DNA of 64,000 bases from Eledone cirrhosa (GCA_964016885.1 OZ024740.1:316758001-316822000); one strand, 5' to 3'. Numbered from the stretch's first letter, positions 12,392-24,370 are shown. The notes: a model not told the origin generated them from the letters alone. A program made the numbers and translations.

Positions 12392-15300
12392 TTACAGACA
12401 GATACTCAGAGTAGGCCTATTCACACGGGACATACTTGCTTCTCTCACCCATCTTTCAACAAAATGCTGGGAAGAGAGCAGTTCCCTCTCTACCCTGATT
12501 TTCCTTTTCAAATGAAATTTGAAAAAGTTAATCAGGGCATCACCGAAGAGGTAAGTGCTCGTCTTCAGCCCTTTCAAACGTGTCCACCATACTATCTCTT
12601 TCGCCATGGCCACCAGACAGATAAAATCTTCCTGCCCTTCCCGGCTAAAGGAAGAGGGCGGGGCAATCCTCACGATGGACTCAGCTGATAGCTGGATCCG
12701 TCCTACACGTGACAGCAGGTGTTCAACATAAACCCACAAGTCAGCAATGCTCGGATACTGGACGAGTGCGTGCAGGACGGTTTCGTCGCCCTGCGCGCAT
12801 CTTGGACATGCCCAGCTGACGGCACCTCCATGCCTGTAGAGTTTATCCCGAACTGGCAAAGCTCCTTGGTAGCACTGCCAGGCCAGGGATTTCTGGAAGT
12901 TGTCCATAGGCCCCGGCCCGAAAGTCCTTCCGAAGAGATTGGCTAGTTGATTTTCGTCGACGCCTAGAGTTTCTCCAAGTACGTCGTCGCTCTTCCTCTC
13001 CACTAATCCTCTATAGAACGCCAAGGTGGAGTTTCCACCGATCACATTGCCCAATTGGTCGAGTGCTGTGGGCGCCTGAAGACATTCCAGTCCCCAAGCG
13101 CTCCCTCTCGGTCTTCGCTTGACCCAGGACTGCAGCTCCGTCAAGGAGACGAGCTGGGGAAAGACGTGTCTAGCAAACGGCGACCACACCTGATCACCGT
13201 CGAGGAAGAGGTGGAGATGTCGTAGCCTGAGCGCGTCTCTGCGCATCATCAGCCACGGCATGCCCAGCCCTCCACGTAGTGGGTGTTGACAGCAGATGGA
13301 GCGACTGACCATGGGAGCGCGTCCCTTCCACAAAAAGCGAAAGAGCAAACGCTCCAGCGCAGTCAGGCGGGGCTTAGGACAAGGTACGACGGTCAGGCGG
13401 TAGTAGATGACGGACGAGATGTACGCGTTAGCCACCTCCGCTCGACCTTTCAGGGATAGCTTCCTCTCCGCCCATTTCTGGGTGAGAGAAGCCACCCTGC
13501 TCGTCACCTCGTCCCAGTTTTTGTCTGTCTGGAGGTCCGGACCGAACCAGACTCCTAGCAATTTAACTGGTCCGTCCGTCCAGCGCCCAAAGACGGTGTT
13601 GGACGGCATGGACCTGCCTCTCCAGGTGCCGAGCTGCAGGCCCACTTCCTTTTTCTGGTTGATCATTGCTCCTGTCACCGCTTCGTATTCTCTTAGTGTA
13701 GTGCCGATCGCCTCGATGTGTTTGGCGTTCGACACCACTACGGTGACATCGTCCGCATATGCTGACACGGATCTTCCGCATCCTAATTCGCGCGGGGACC
13801 CCCCCCCCCCCTCAACGTCTCCAGTTTGTGCAGTAATGGCTCGAGAGTCAATACGTACAAGCGGGACGAGAGGGGACATCCTTGGCGGACCGAGCGCATG
13901 ATGTTGAACGGTTCCGAAAGGTGACCGTTCACTCTCACCACAGAGCAGATATCGCTGTGCATGGCAGCGATCCAGCCTCTGAAGACGGGCCCAAAGCCAG
14001 CCGCCCTCAGGACTGCCGCTAGGTAACGATGGTCGACCCTATCGAAAGCTTTCGACTGATCTAAATTGATCAAAGACCCACCCGTGCCAGGTTCCCTAGC
14101 TACCCTCTCTACGATGTATCGCATGAGGTGGAGGTTGTCGTGGATGGATCTGTCGGGAATGGCGCACGTCTGAGCCTCTCCCACCAGACCACCAACGACA
14201 AGCGCCAACCTCTTTGCTAGCACCTTGGCCAAAATCTTGAACTCTGTGTTTAGAAGAGTTATGGGCCTGAAATTATCTATGTTATCCCCCTTGTTCGGAT
14301 CCTTTCTCAGCAGCGCCACAGCTCCTCGGCTCACAGAGCTGGGAATTCTCCCGTTCTGTTGCCAGTTGCAGTAGACGTCCGCCAAGAGGCCTCCGAACAA
14401 GTCTGGCATTTGTACGTAAAGTTCATAGGGCAGACCATCCAAACCAGGCGATTTACCCCTTGTGCAGCCAGTCATTGCCTCCCTACTTCAGCGGCTGTTA
14501 TCGGCTTTTCGCAACACTCCGCCTCAGTGGCCGAAAGCTGCGGCAGTCCGTCGAGGTAGACACTAAAGTCCATCCCTCCAACCAGCCCGCCGCTGCCCCC
14601 GAACAGTTGTGCGAAGTGTCGCTGAAAAGCTTCACACATTTGCCCGGGATCGAGTAGCATGCGCCCGTCGTGGTCCACCAAAGACCGGATCGTGGCTTTG
14701 TTGCCACGACGCCCTCCGCCACTCGGGCCCATTGAACGGCTTTCGTCCCCTCGTGTCTGCAAGCACGCACCCTAGCTCTGACAACGCAGCCTTCGTGCTT
14801 TGCATTGAAGAATTGGTCAAGGGCCAATTTCGCCGCAAGTACGTCGGTCGCGATGCCTTTGCTAGGCGCCTCGTCTAATTTTCTAACTAATTCTCCCTCT
14901 GCTCTATTTTTCTCTATTGCTAAAGCCTTACTAAACCTCTATTCTAATTGCTCTTTTCAGAGCAAACCACCACTTGTTGTTGACGATGGCCCCCGTCAAC
15001 GCCCGCTTAACTAGTTCGCTAATCCGGTCTCTGTAGGCCTTGCGCGCTGGTAAGGACGCGTTTAGCTTCCAGTAGCCGGGTCCTCGTCTATGAAGCCTAT
15101 CTAAGTCAAGCACACATATCACGAATTTGTGGTCCGTGTAGCTGACTATCTTGAATTGTGGACAGCCTATGCTAGACCTATCTATTTCCCTACAAAATAC
15201 TCTATCTAGATATGATCTGGATGACCCTATGCGATTTGTCCAAGTCCACATTGGCACATTCGGGAAATCCAAACGGTACCTGTCAGACAGTTCAAAACGC

Positions 15301-15796
15301 CTGGGCAGGTTGGTGAGGCTCTTGCACCCTCCTCCCCTATCCGCTGATCCCACACAATCCCAGCGTACATCTAAGATCCCGTTCCAGTCGCCCACTAACA
15401 CTAAAGAGCGGGACGTTCCAAGAAAGGTCTCCAGACGCCGGAAGAAATCAGGCCGCCCTGCTCCTGTCGGGGCATAGACGGCCACTAGCCGTCTCCGCTG
15501 GTCACGTCTAGCACCACCAACTTACCTTCTCGGTCCAGGAAGATGGCCCGTATGGCGAGATCCAAACCTCTCCGAAAAAGCACAGCAACTCCTCCCCCCG
15601 ATCCCGGACGGCTGGGAGATGCGTACACATCGTAGCCGCCGAAGATCGGTGCGAAGGCCCGGGCTTCGGAGATTCTGGTCTCGCTGATGGCCACTACATC
15701 TATGTTTAGTGACCTGAGGTCGTTGAGCAGGTGGCCCTGCTTCCATGACGACCCCAAGCCACGCGCATTCATGCTGCCTATTCTGAGTGAGGTCAT
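12392..15796 (-). pseudogene. Tx1-like ORF2 (APE endonuclease + reverse transcriptase + zf-RVT), disrupted
   Basis: APE motifs NARGL, AISET, VYAP, VGDWN, YLDR, YTDH; RT motifs KSPGLDG, FRPITLLN, DQSKAFDRVDH, RQGCPLS, YADD; stop at 15485 and frameshifts. Confidence 0.88.
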
Positions 15797-15830
15797 GTTG
15801 AAATGGAGTGGAAAAGATGGGAAAGACCAC

Positions 15831-17788
15831 TTACCTTACTTCTCGTAGAGGAAGGATAGTTTCTCCATCCTTTTCACTGCTTGTGGCCTCCTCCGGAAGG
15901 ATGTCCTTATAAATCCTCCTGGAGAGTGATGGTCGGAACTCTCCGATGTCTTTGGGGAATTTTTGTTTTAGTGTCGTGTACGTTTTCTGTGTGATGCGAG
16001 TGATATGTATGCGTGGAGGTGGTGTGAACTTTTGCGTTGTTGTGTAGTCTTTTTCTGTGATGCTGGTGTTGTGTTGGATGTAGTGTAATAATTGGTTGTT
16101 GTTCAAATTTAATGCTGTGTGGTGTGTATCATTTGTTGTGGGTTTGTTTCTGTTTCGCTTTTTGGTGACTTTTGTGGTGTTGGTGATGGTGGTGTTGGGG
16201 TTAATGATGGTGATGGTGTTGGTGTTTGTGGTGATGGGGTTGGTGATGCTGGTGTGGATGGTGGCATAGCTGTCCTAACTTTTTTGTTTGATAGTTTATT
16301 TGTTTCCCTCTGTATTTTGTTTTTGGAGGGGGCAGGAAGAGGATTTTTTTTCTTTTTTGGTTTCTTTTTCTTTTTTGGTTTCTTTATCTTTTTTTCTTTT
16401 TTCCTGATACCATTTCCCACTCCTCGTTGCCACAATCTGTCTCCAGTTGCGATAGGTCGGGGAGTGGAACATCCTCCACAGGCGTTGGTTTTGGTTGTGG
16501 CGTGGTGGATGGTGTAGGCGCTGGTGCTAGTTCTGGCGCGTTGGGTTGTGGTGGTGTTGGTTTTGCTACTGTTGCTGGGGTTGTTGCTGTTACAGTTGCT
16601 TCTGTTGTTGCTGTTACAGTTGTTGCTGCCATTTCTGCTGCTGGTGGTGTTGATGGTTGAGTCACTGGGGTGGGTAAGAGAGGTGGCCTCAACCTTTTAG
16701 CCTGAGGGCAGAAAGCCCTTAGGTGGGTTCCTTCACCACAAACGACACACCTAGGCCTTCTGCCCTCGATGATTACGGTGAGGTGGCTGCCGTCAATGAG
16801 GTCTATTACCTCTGGGATCTCCTCAATGCTTTTTTGGTCCGCTTGGATCAGGAGCTCCATCCCAGATCCGGACCAGTTCTCCTGCTTTTCTTTCGCTATT
16901 TCGATTATCTTGGTGTTAGCCTCGATGCCGGCAAGGACGGCAGCCATTAGCCAGGGAATTTCGATGGCCGGTGGAACGTGGGTCACCCTGATCTTCACGA
17001 GTCTCTAGCCACAATAGCTTGGGACGAGTGTGAAGTCGTAACTTCTTAATGGGGCAATGGAGTGTTCTCTGGCCTCCTGTGGTGTTTCAAAGATTACGTC
17101 CACGGTTCCATATTTCTGCCCACGTCTGATGTGGGTTTTTTTTGCCCACACATGTCCCAAAGCTTTTGGATTTGGGACTCGGACCTCGTTCCACTCGGCG
17201 CGATTTTATGTTAATCGTCCGATAAGACACGGTGCATAGGCGCCGATGCTCCATTTTATTAGGTGTGTGTGTGGGGGGGGGGGTTCTGACCCTGTACCCA
17301 TCTTACTTTACCATTCTCTTGGCTTCATCTAATTCCTCTTGAGTTACCTGGATTTCTTCGCACTTTTTTGCTACTCTGTCAAAAGACATGGTGGTTTTCT
17401 TATTCTCATTGTTGTTGTTGCTGTTGTTGTTATCGTTATTTTTGTTATTGTTATTTTTAGTTTCAGTTGTGGTGGTGGTGGCGTCAGTGGTGTTCGGTGT
17501 GGAAGAGTCCATTCTGGGTGAATCCGTTTCGATGTCACGAGATAATTTATTTTTTTATTTTGTTTTTGTTATCGCTGTGGTGGTAGTGGGGGTGGCGGCT
17601 TCAACACCTGCAGTCATTGGTAATGGCGGGAAATGAATGTCTGCATGAGACAAATTTAAATTATTGCTACTGCTTATATTTTGAGTGTTGGCAAACATAA
17701 TAATATTTACAATGGTGGTGTCGGTGTGAGGTGTTAGTTTGTGAGGAAGGTGTGACTGTGAGTCGTCCATGATCTTTTTCGAAGACAT
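15831..17788 (-). pseudogene. Tx1-like ORF1 (gag-like, CCHC zinc knuckle, Thr/Pro-rich), frameshifted
   Basis: CVVCGEGTHLRAFCP (C-x2-C-x4-H-x4-C) in 16384-16998; pieces 17555-17788, 17303-17512, 16109-16435, 15831-16106. Confidence 0.7.
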
Positions 17789-17979
17789 TTTTTTGTTTGA
17801 TAATTATAAAAGTTTAAATTTTGGGCTCAAGACCCCAATCTTTTTGAGTGTCCTTTTCCGAAAGCAAATTTTGTGACCTTATAAATAGTTAACAACAAAC
17901 ATTTTCCATAAATAGCAATTTTAAACAAACGAAAACAACAAACCTTTGCGGAGCTCACGATGATACGATTATAATCGCC

Positions 17980-18016
<37 letters not shown>

Positions 18017-18018
<2 letters not shown>

Positions 18019-18828
18019 CTTCTTTGAGAAAACTGAATTCAGAAATCCACAGACATGGAACTGGTTGAAAAGACGAGACCTTAAAAAGGCTACAGAAGGA
18101 ATGCTAATGGTTGCGCAAGAGCAGGCCCTCAAAACGAAGTGGCTGAAACACCATATTTACAAGGAGGAGGCTAGTCCACTGTGCAGGATCTGAGGAGAGA
18201 GAGAGGAGACTGTGGCTCACATTGTATCCGAGTGTAAACACCTAGCCCAGACTCACTATAAAGGCTGGAGACATGATGTGATGGGCAGGGTGATCCACTG
18301 GCACCTATGCAAAGTAAACAATTTACCACATTCTGAGAAGTGGTATGAGAATAAGCCAGAGTCGGTGATAGAAAACGATCAGGTGAAGGTGCTGTGGGAT
18401 TTTAGGATACAGACGGACAAGAAACTGGAACACAATAGACCTGACCTGGTGGTTTTGGACAAGGAAAAAAGATCGTGCCTGATTGTGGATGTGGCCTGCC
18501 CATTAGACACGAGAGTGCAAGAGAAGGAGAGGGAGAAAATTAACCGATACCAGGACTTAAAGTGGGAGGTAAAAAGGATTTGGAACTGCCATGAAGTCAA
18601 AGTGGTCCCGATTGTCATAGGCGCACTAGGTACTATCTCAAGGAGTTTCCAGGGATGGTTAAATAAGATTAGTCCAGCCCCGCTTTTTAGAACACTTCAA
18701 AAGGCATGTTGCTGGGAACAGCAAGAACCCTCCGATACGTCCTGAATATCTGAGACTGCAGGTAGCAGCTTGATATTCATTTCAACAAACTTTCCAGTTA
18801 AATAACATCAATGACTCAGACTCAAAGA
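18017..18828 (+). mobile_element. Short 5'-truncated R4/Dong-like copy (lineage B)
   Basis: Near-identical to 9243-10230 without the SINE; (AAT)n on both sides. Confidence 0.88.
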
Positions 18829-18845
18829 ACAATAATAATAATAAT

Positions 18846-20042
18846 GATTTCTTTATTGGCCACAAGGGCTGACATCAAGAAAAACATTATAGACGGCACA
18901 GGACGGTACGATGTGGGTTTTGTGAGTGTAAAGATTTTTATTATTTATATAAGAAAAGAAAAAGAAAAAGACATAGAAACATCTATATATATAAACAATA
19001 AAAATGAAAATTGAAACAATGAAAAATTCCCCAATAGGGGGAAACCTCTGAGGGTTACTCGTGGCGAAAACCACACAAAAGACCACGGCCACCCTGACCA
19101 CCAGAGCAAGCGCCCTCTCTCAATTTTTCCATTTCTCAAACTACAGACGTATATTCAGAGCGGTCCCATTAACTCGGACCATTCTCGCAACATTCACCCA
19201 CCTTTCAACAAACTTGCTAGAAGGCAGCACTTGCCTCTCCACCTTGATTTTCCTCTTCAAGTGAAACTTGAAAAAGTTAATTAGGGATTCGCCGAAGAGG
19301 AAAGTGTCTGTCTTTAACCCTTTTAACCTTGTCCACCACACAATCTCTTTCACCATGGCCACCAGACAGATGAAAACCGCCTGCTATTCCTCCTCGAAGG
19401 AAGACGGCGAGACCATCTGCACAATGGACTCAGTCGATAACCGGATCAGTCCTACACGCGACAGCAACTGTTCAACATAGCTCCACAAGTCAGCAATGCT
19501 CGGACACTGAACGAGTGCGTGTACGACGATTTCGTCGCTCTGCGCGCATCTCGGACAGGCTCGGCTGACAGCACTTCCGTGCCTGTAGAGTATATCTCGA
19601 ACCGGCAATGCTCCCCGGTAGCACTGCCAGGCCTGGGATTTTTGGAAGTTATCCATAGGCCCTGGGCTGAAAGTTCTCCGGAAGAGAGCAAACAGCTGAT
19701 CTTCTTCGACGCCCAAGATCTCTCCGAGAACGTCGTCGCTCTTCCCCTCCACTAGTCCTCTATAGAACGCCGAGGTGGATGTTCCACCGATACTGGTGCC
19801 CAGTAAGCGCCTGGAGACATTCCAGTTTCCAAGCGCTATCCCTCGGTCTTTTCCTGACCCAGGACTGCAGCTCCGTCAAGGAGACGAGTTGTGGGAAAAC
19901 GTGCCTGGCGAACGGCGACCACACCTGTTCGTCGTCGAGGAAGCACCAGAGGTGTCGCAGCCTCAGCGCATGTTTGCGCATCATCAGCCATGGCATACCC
20001 AGTCCTCCACGGTATATTCAGAGCGGTCCCGTTCACTCGGAC
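18846..20042 (-). mobile_element. 5'-truncated Tx1-like LINE, lineage C
   Basis: MPWLMMRKHALRL...CPRCAQSDEIVVHALVQCP; 3' end AATAAAGAAATC(ATT)n; (AAT)n at 20043-20058. Confidence 0.85.
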
Positions 20043-20058
20043 TAATAATAATAATAAT

Positions 20059-20160
20059 TGTTTCTACTTTAGGCACAAGGCCAGCAAATACCCAGTGCAT
20101 TACTGGTACTTTATTTTATCGACCCCGTAAGGATGAAAAGCAAAGTCAACCTCGGCGGGA
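20059..20160 (-). mobile_element. 5'-truncated SINE flanked by (AAT)n
   Basis: Same core and tail as the copies at 3736 and 10034. Confidence 0.8.
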
Positions 20161-20754
20161 TAATAATAAATACAGGATGGTCATGTCTGCTTGATCAGCA
20201 CTGTTGTATACGACAACAAATTTGTATAGAACGAAAATATAAGAAATTCAAACAATAAAACAGAAAATCTTCCAAGCTGTCATGAGAAAGAAAAAAAATA
20301 ATAAATGACTTTTTTTCCATATCTTCAAGTGGAATGTTCGCGTCAAGAAAAAAACCTAATATATAGGGAGATAGATATTTTAAGGGGGTTGGCTGTCTCA
20401 AGTAATTTTGTTATCTTAAAGAACTATGTCAACAACATTGGTCTCCAGTTTGGACAACTTATGAATTGCTATTTAGACTGAATGTTTGTTTTATTTTGTC
20501 GTTTCCTTCTCTCTGAATGAGGTCGATGAAATTGCTTTTACCTATCAGGAACACTAGAGAGAGAACAAACAAACGAGGGTACCTCTATGAGGTCTTTCGG
20601 CTTGCTAGAAATAGCAGCTAAAACTCCCACGAATTACATCCTGCAATCTTTAAAAACGTATACAATATATCAGAGCTTCCGTTATAGTTTTGGATTTGGC
20701 TAGTGGGGGCGCTTATGTATATATACTGTATATGTGTGTTATTATTATTAACTA

Positions 20755-20935
20755 AGGAGGGCGGTGAATTGGCAGTATCGGGGAGGGTGGTGGATTGGCA
20801 ATATCGGTAGAGCATTGGACACCCTGCTTCGCGGAATAGAGTTACGCCCGATTACGTTCTGAGTTCAAATCCCACCGAGGTTAGCTTTGCCTTCCATCCT
20901 TACGGGGTCGATAAAATAAAGCACCAGTAACGCAC
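20755..20935 (+). mobile_element. tRNA-derived SINE with duplicated head, preceded by (ATT)n
   Basis: GGCGGTGAATTGGCAGTATCGG-like head present twice, GAGTTCAAATCCC, Nin-like core. Confidence 0.75.
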
Positions 20936-21304
20936 TTAGCTCACACTTTTTATCACCAATACGAAACTAAGAAAGAAATTAAAAACATTCATACTTACAT
21001 ATTTAGAGTCAATAGAAAATCAGTGTAATAAAAACCAAAGCACAAGTATATTGAAACAAATTATAATTTGTTTCAATATACTTGTGCTTTGGTTTTATAC
21101 ATATTTTTTATTCCCCGGTTGTGTCATTTACTGGTTTGTTATATCCCATTATTATTTAAAAGAAATACTATTATTTAATCAGAAGTTTGGGTTTGTGGTC
21201 AGGAGTTTGATATTTCAAAATTTTCATATTTTTCAAGAAAAAACACATTTTTTTAAAATTTATCAGTTCATATAATTAAATCAACAGAGTATATATTTAT
21301 TTTA

Positions 21305-22591
21305 TTACACAAGCTTATCAAAAGCAAACAAGTAAAAACAAATAACACTTATAAAGCAACTTATACATGTCAGAAATGACTGGATTTCCTGGATTTGCGG
21401 TTGGTAGTCCAGGTCGCATTCCCGCACTAGCCCCCAGATATAGTCCCCCATCATTGTTCCATTGTAGTGGCCCTGGTACCTCCGCTCTATCTCTTTCACA
21501 TCTTGGTGGAATCGTTCGCCTTGTTCTTCTGAGTAGACGCCCATATTGTCCTTGAATTTTTCCAGGTGAGCGTCCAGCATATGGAGTTTAAGCGACATCC
21601 TGCATCCCATGGCGCCAAAAGCCTTTATCAGATCCTGCACCAGTTGTTGGTAGTTTTCAGCTCTGTAGTTGCCCAGGAAGCCCTTAACAACTGCCTTGAA
21701 ACAGTTCCATGCTGTTCTCTCAATCCTATTGAGCTTATTGGAGAACTCGGTAGACTCAAACACTTTCTTTATCTAAGGTCCAACAAAAATTCCACCTTTG
21801 ATTTTGGCCTCAGATAACTTGGGGAAGAACTCAAGAAGGTACTTAAAAGCGGCTGATTCTTGGTTGAGAGCCTTCACAAACTGCTTCATCAACCCCAACT
21901 TAATGTGCAGTAGCGGCATGAGCACAATTCTGGGATCAACCAGTGGCTCCCACATGACGTTCCGGGTCCCAACTACAAATTCTGTTCGCTGCTCCCAGTT
22001 CTTTCTTTTGTAGTGGTCAGAGGTGGGTCTGCTGTCCCAAAGGCAGAGGAAGCATTGGAATTTGATAAAGCCTCCTTGGAGTCCAAGCAGGAAAGCCACC
22101 ATCTTGAAGTCTCCAATGATTTCCCAATTGTACTGGTTGTATTGCAGAGCTTCCAAGAGGACTTTCACACTGTAGTAATCTTCCATCAGGCAGACTGAAT
22201 GAGCTAGGGGCAGTGTCGAGAACTTGTTTCCATTGTGGAGGGGGACAGCCTTCAAACTTGTGGTGGAGCTGTCTATAAATAGCCGCCACTCCTTGGGCAC
22301 AAACGACACCCCAATAACGTCAAACAGTCCAGGCACGTCATGGCAGAAGCAGAGGCCATCCCTAAGAGTGTAAAAGCCTGAGAAAGGTTCGTGTCGACTT
22401 CTCTGACTTGTCACCTGCATTTCCTCCTTGACCAAGTTCCACTGCTTCATCCTGGAGTTGAATAGCTCTGCATTGGACTTGGTCAGACCCATATCCCTGA
22501 CCAAATCATTGACTTCTCTTTGGTTTGGGAAGTGAGGAACTTTTTCTGGTACCCCAGTATCAATAAATTTCTTTAATCCACTTTTTAACAA
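21305..22591 (-). mobile_element. DDE transposase relic, probably Chapaev3-like (CMC/Transib-related)
   Basis: WRLFIDSS, GDFKM..GLQGG..CFLCLWDSR, LHIKLGLMKQF, SEEQGERFHQD; in-frame stop near 21773; termini not found. Confidence 0.65.
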
Positions 22592-22904
22592 TTTTATACT
22601 TTATTGCACTTTTATAATTTTCTTTAGGTATTACTCTTTATTTTATAATTTTAATTTAACCTGAAACATATATTTAAAAAAATCATTTAACATAAGCAAA
22701 TTAAACTTACATACAACGTAAAATCCAGCATACAAATAATTCTAGTGAATAGCTTAGAATTTTTACAAACCCAAACTTTTCACTGTTTAATAGCATGACA
22801 ATTTCTTCAACAGAAATCTAGACAGTTGTTCTATTGAATAAGTGGTAAACTTATGTAAAAAAAAAATTAAATATAATCACCAAACATCGGTCGCTCTCCG
22901 ATAG

Positions 22905-23085
22905 ATTTGCGGTCGAGCCCGTGGCAGTGGAGACTTCTGGTGTCCTTGGCCCCGGGACCACCTTCTTACTCACCATCATCGGCATGGAGCGAGCCTCGCA
23001 AGCTGGAATGGCTCTTTCAGCGCGTCTACCACACCATCCTCCGGGGAAACACCCTCTCTATTCTGTCCACCGGGGCCGGACAGCG
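22905..23085 (+). mobile_element. CRE-like RLE 3' fragment
   Basis: PVAVETSGVLGPGT...EWLFQRVYHTILRGNTLSILS. Confidence 0.65.
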
Positions 23086-23258
23086 CATGGATCCTCATTT
23101 CATCATAATAGTGAGAGTTGGTGAAAGCGGGAGAGGCGGAGGCAGTGATAGTGGGAGTTTGGTTCCTTTCTGTTTCGACCTGGTGTATATGTGTATATTT
23201 ATTTACCGCACCACACATACTTGTATGAAGTTTTTTTCTGAATTAATATTTATAGTAA

Positions 23259-23480
23259 CTAGCTGGACCCGTGTAAAAATTCACGGATAATCCCCTCTCT
23301 CTAAATATATTAAAACCCCCTCTCTATATATATAAACTCATCCCTTTCTCTATATATTAAACCACCCTCTCTATATATTATAACACCCCTCTCTATATAT
23401 ATATATTTAACCCCCTCTCTCTATATATATTTTAACCCTCCTTTCTCTATATTATAACCCCCTCTCTCTATAAACTATAT
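23259..23480 (-). mobile_element. Non-autonomous Helitron-like 3' end with internal minisatellite
   Basis: Minus strand shows hairpin CCGTG-N8-CACGG, then CTAG|T; upstream ~21-bp AACCCCCTCTCTATATAT repeats at 23290-23480. Confidence 0.55.
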
Positions 23481-24159
23481 TGAATTCTAATTCAGACACA
23501 AGGTAGCAAATTCGGGGAAAAGCGGAACCAGTACTTGAATAATACTTTATTTTATCAACCCCGGAAGCACAGAAGGCAAAGTTGACCTCGGTGAGATTTA
23601 TACTCCTACAGAACTATAGAGCCAGAACAAATAGCACAATAGTATTTTATCGGATAGGTTATCAATTCTGCCAATCCGCCACCCTCACCTTATGAATGGA
23701 TTATCAAAACGTTGGGTGTAGTTGAAGTTTGAAAATCAAGGAGTGCCAAACGTAAAAAATAACTGTAATCAGTCAATAGATATTTGTGTAAATTACCATT
23801 AGGGACATGGAAAAATAGTTAGATATTTCAATTAGAAGCAGGGTGGTAGTATCATTAACCTAATTAGATATCAATTTAGGGGCTGATTTTATTACACTTT
23901 CTTATCCATCTCCCTAATTTATATGCATACATAAATATATACATATGTTTACGGGTATATTTATATATACCCACTCACATTTGTAACTATATCTTATTCT
24001 ATGTAAAAATATATCATGTAAATACAATTTAATCGAAAAAGAAAAAAAATAATTAGATTAAAAAGGAATGGAATGTAAAATAAAAAAATATTTTTTAAAA
24101 AAAACGGAAAAGGAAGAGAAAGGTAAGGACTCTAGTATCACAGAAAAATCGGGAGAGGG

Positions 24160-24370
24160 GGGGATTAGGATCTGGGCCTAGGGCGCGGCAATAATGTGGC
24201 TGCGACCCGCGGACAAGACTGCAAAAGCATTCCTGCGGACAATGGCCAATGACACCCGCTGCAACAGCCACCCCACCTCGCGGGGGTCCTTCCTTTCATC
24301 TGCAAAGCGGGCCGCGGTACCGATGTTTGTGGCCGAAGCGTCTAAGTTGGAGGCGGAGAACATGTCTCAA
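24160..24370 (-). mobile_element. CRE-like RLE 3' fragment with internal deletion
   Basis: SASNLDASATNIGTAARFADERK|DPREVGWLLQRVSLAIVRRNAFAVLSA. Confidence 0.7.

Larger units (their letters stand above)
12151..17979 (-). mobile_element. Apparently full-length Tx1-like LINE (lineage A) with disrupted ORF1 and ORF2
   Basis: ORF1 fragments 17788-15831, ORF2 fragments 15796-12392; 5' end abuts (AAT)n at 17980-18016. Confidence 0.88.

Noticed and set aside
16119-17636. Plus-strand Gly/Val-rich ORFs
   Set aside because: They are antisense shadows of the Thr/Pro-rich Tx1-like ORF1.
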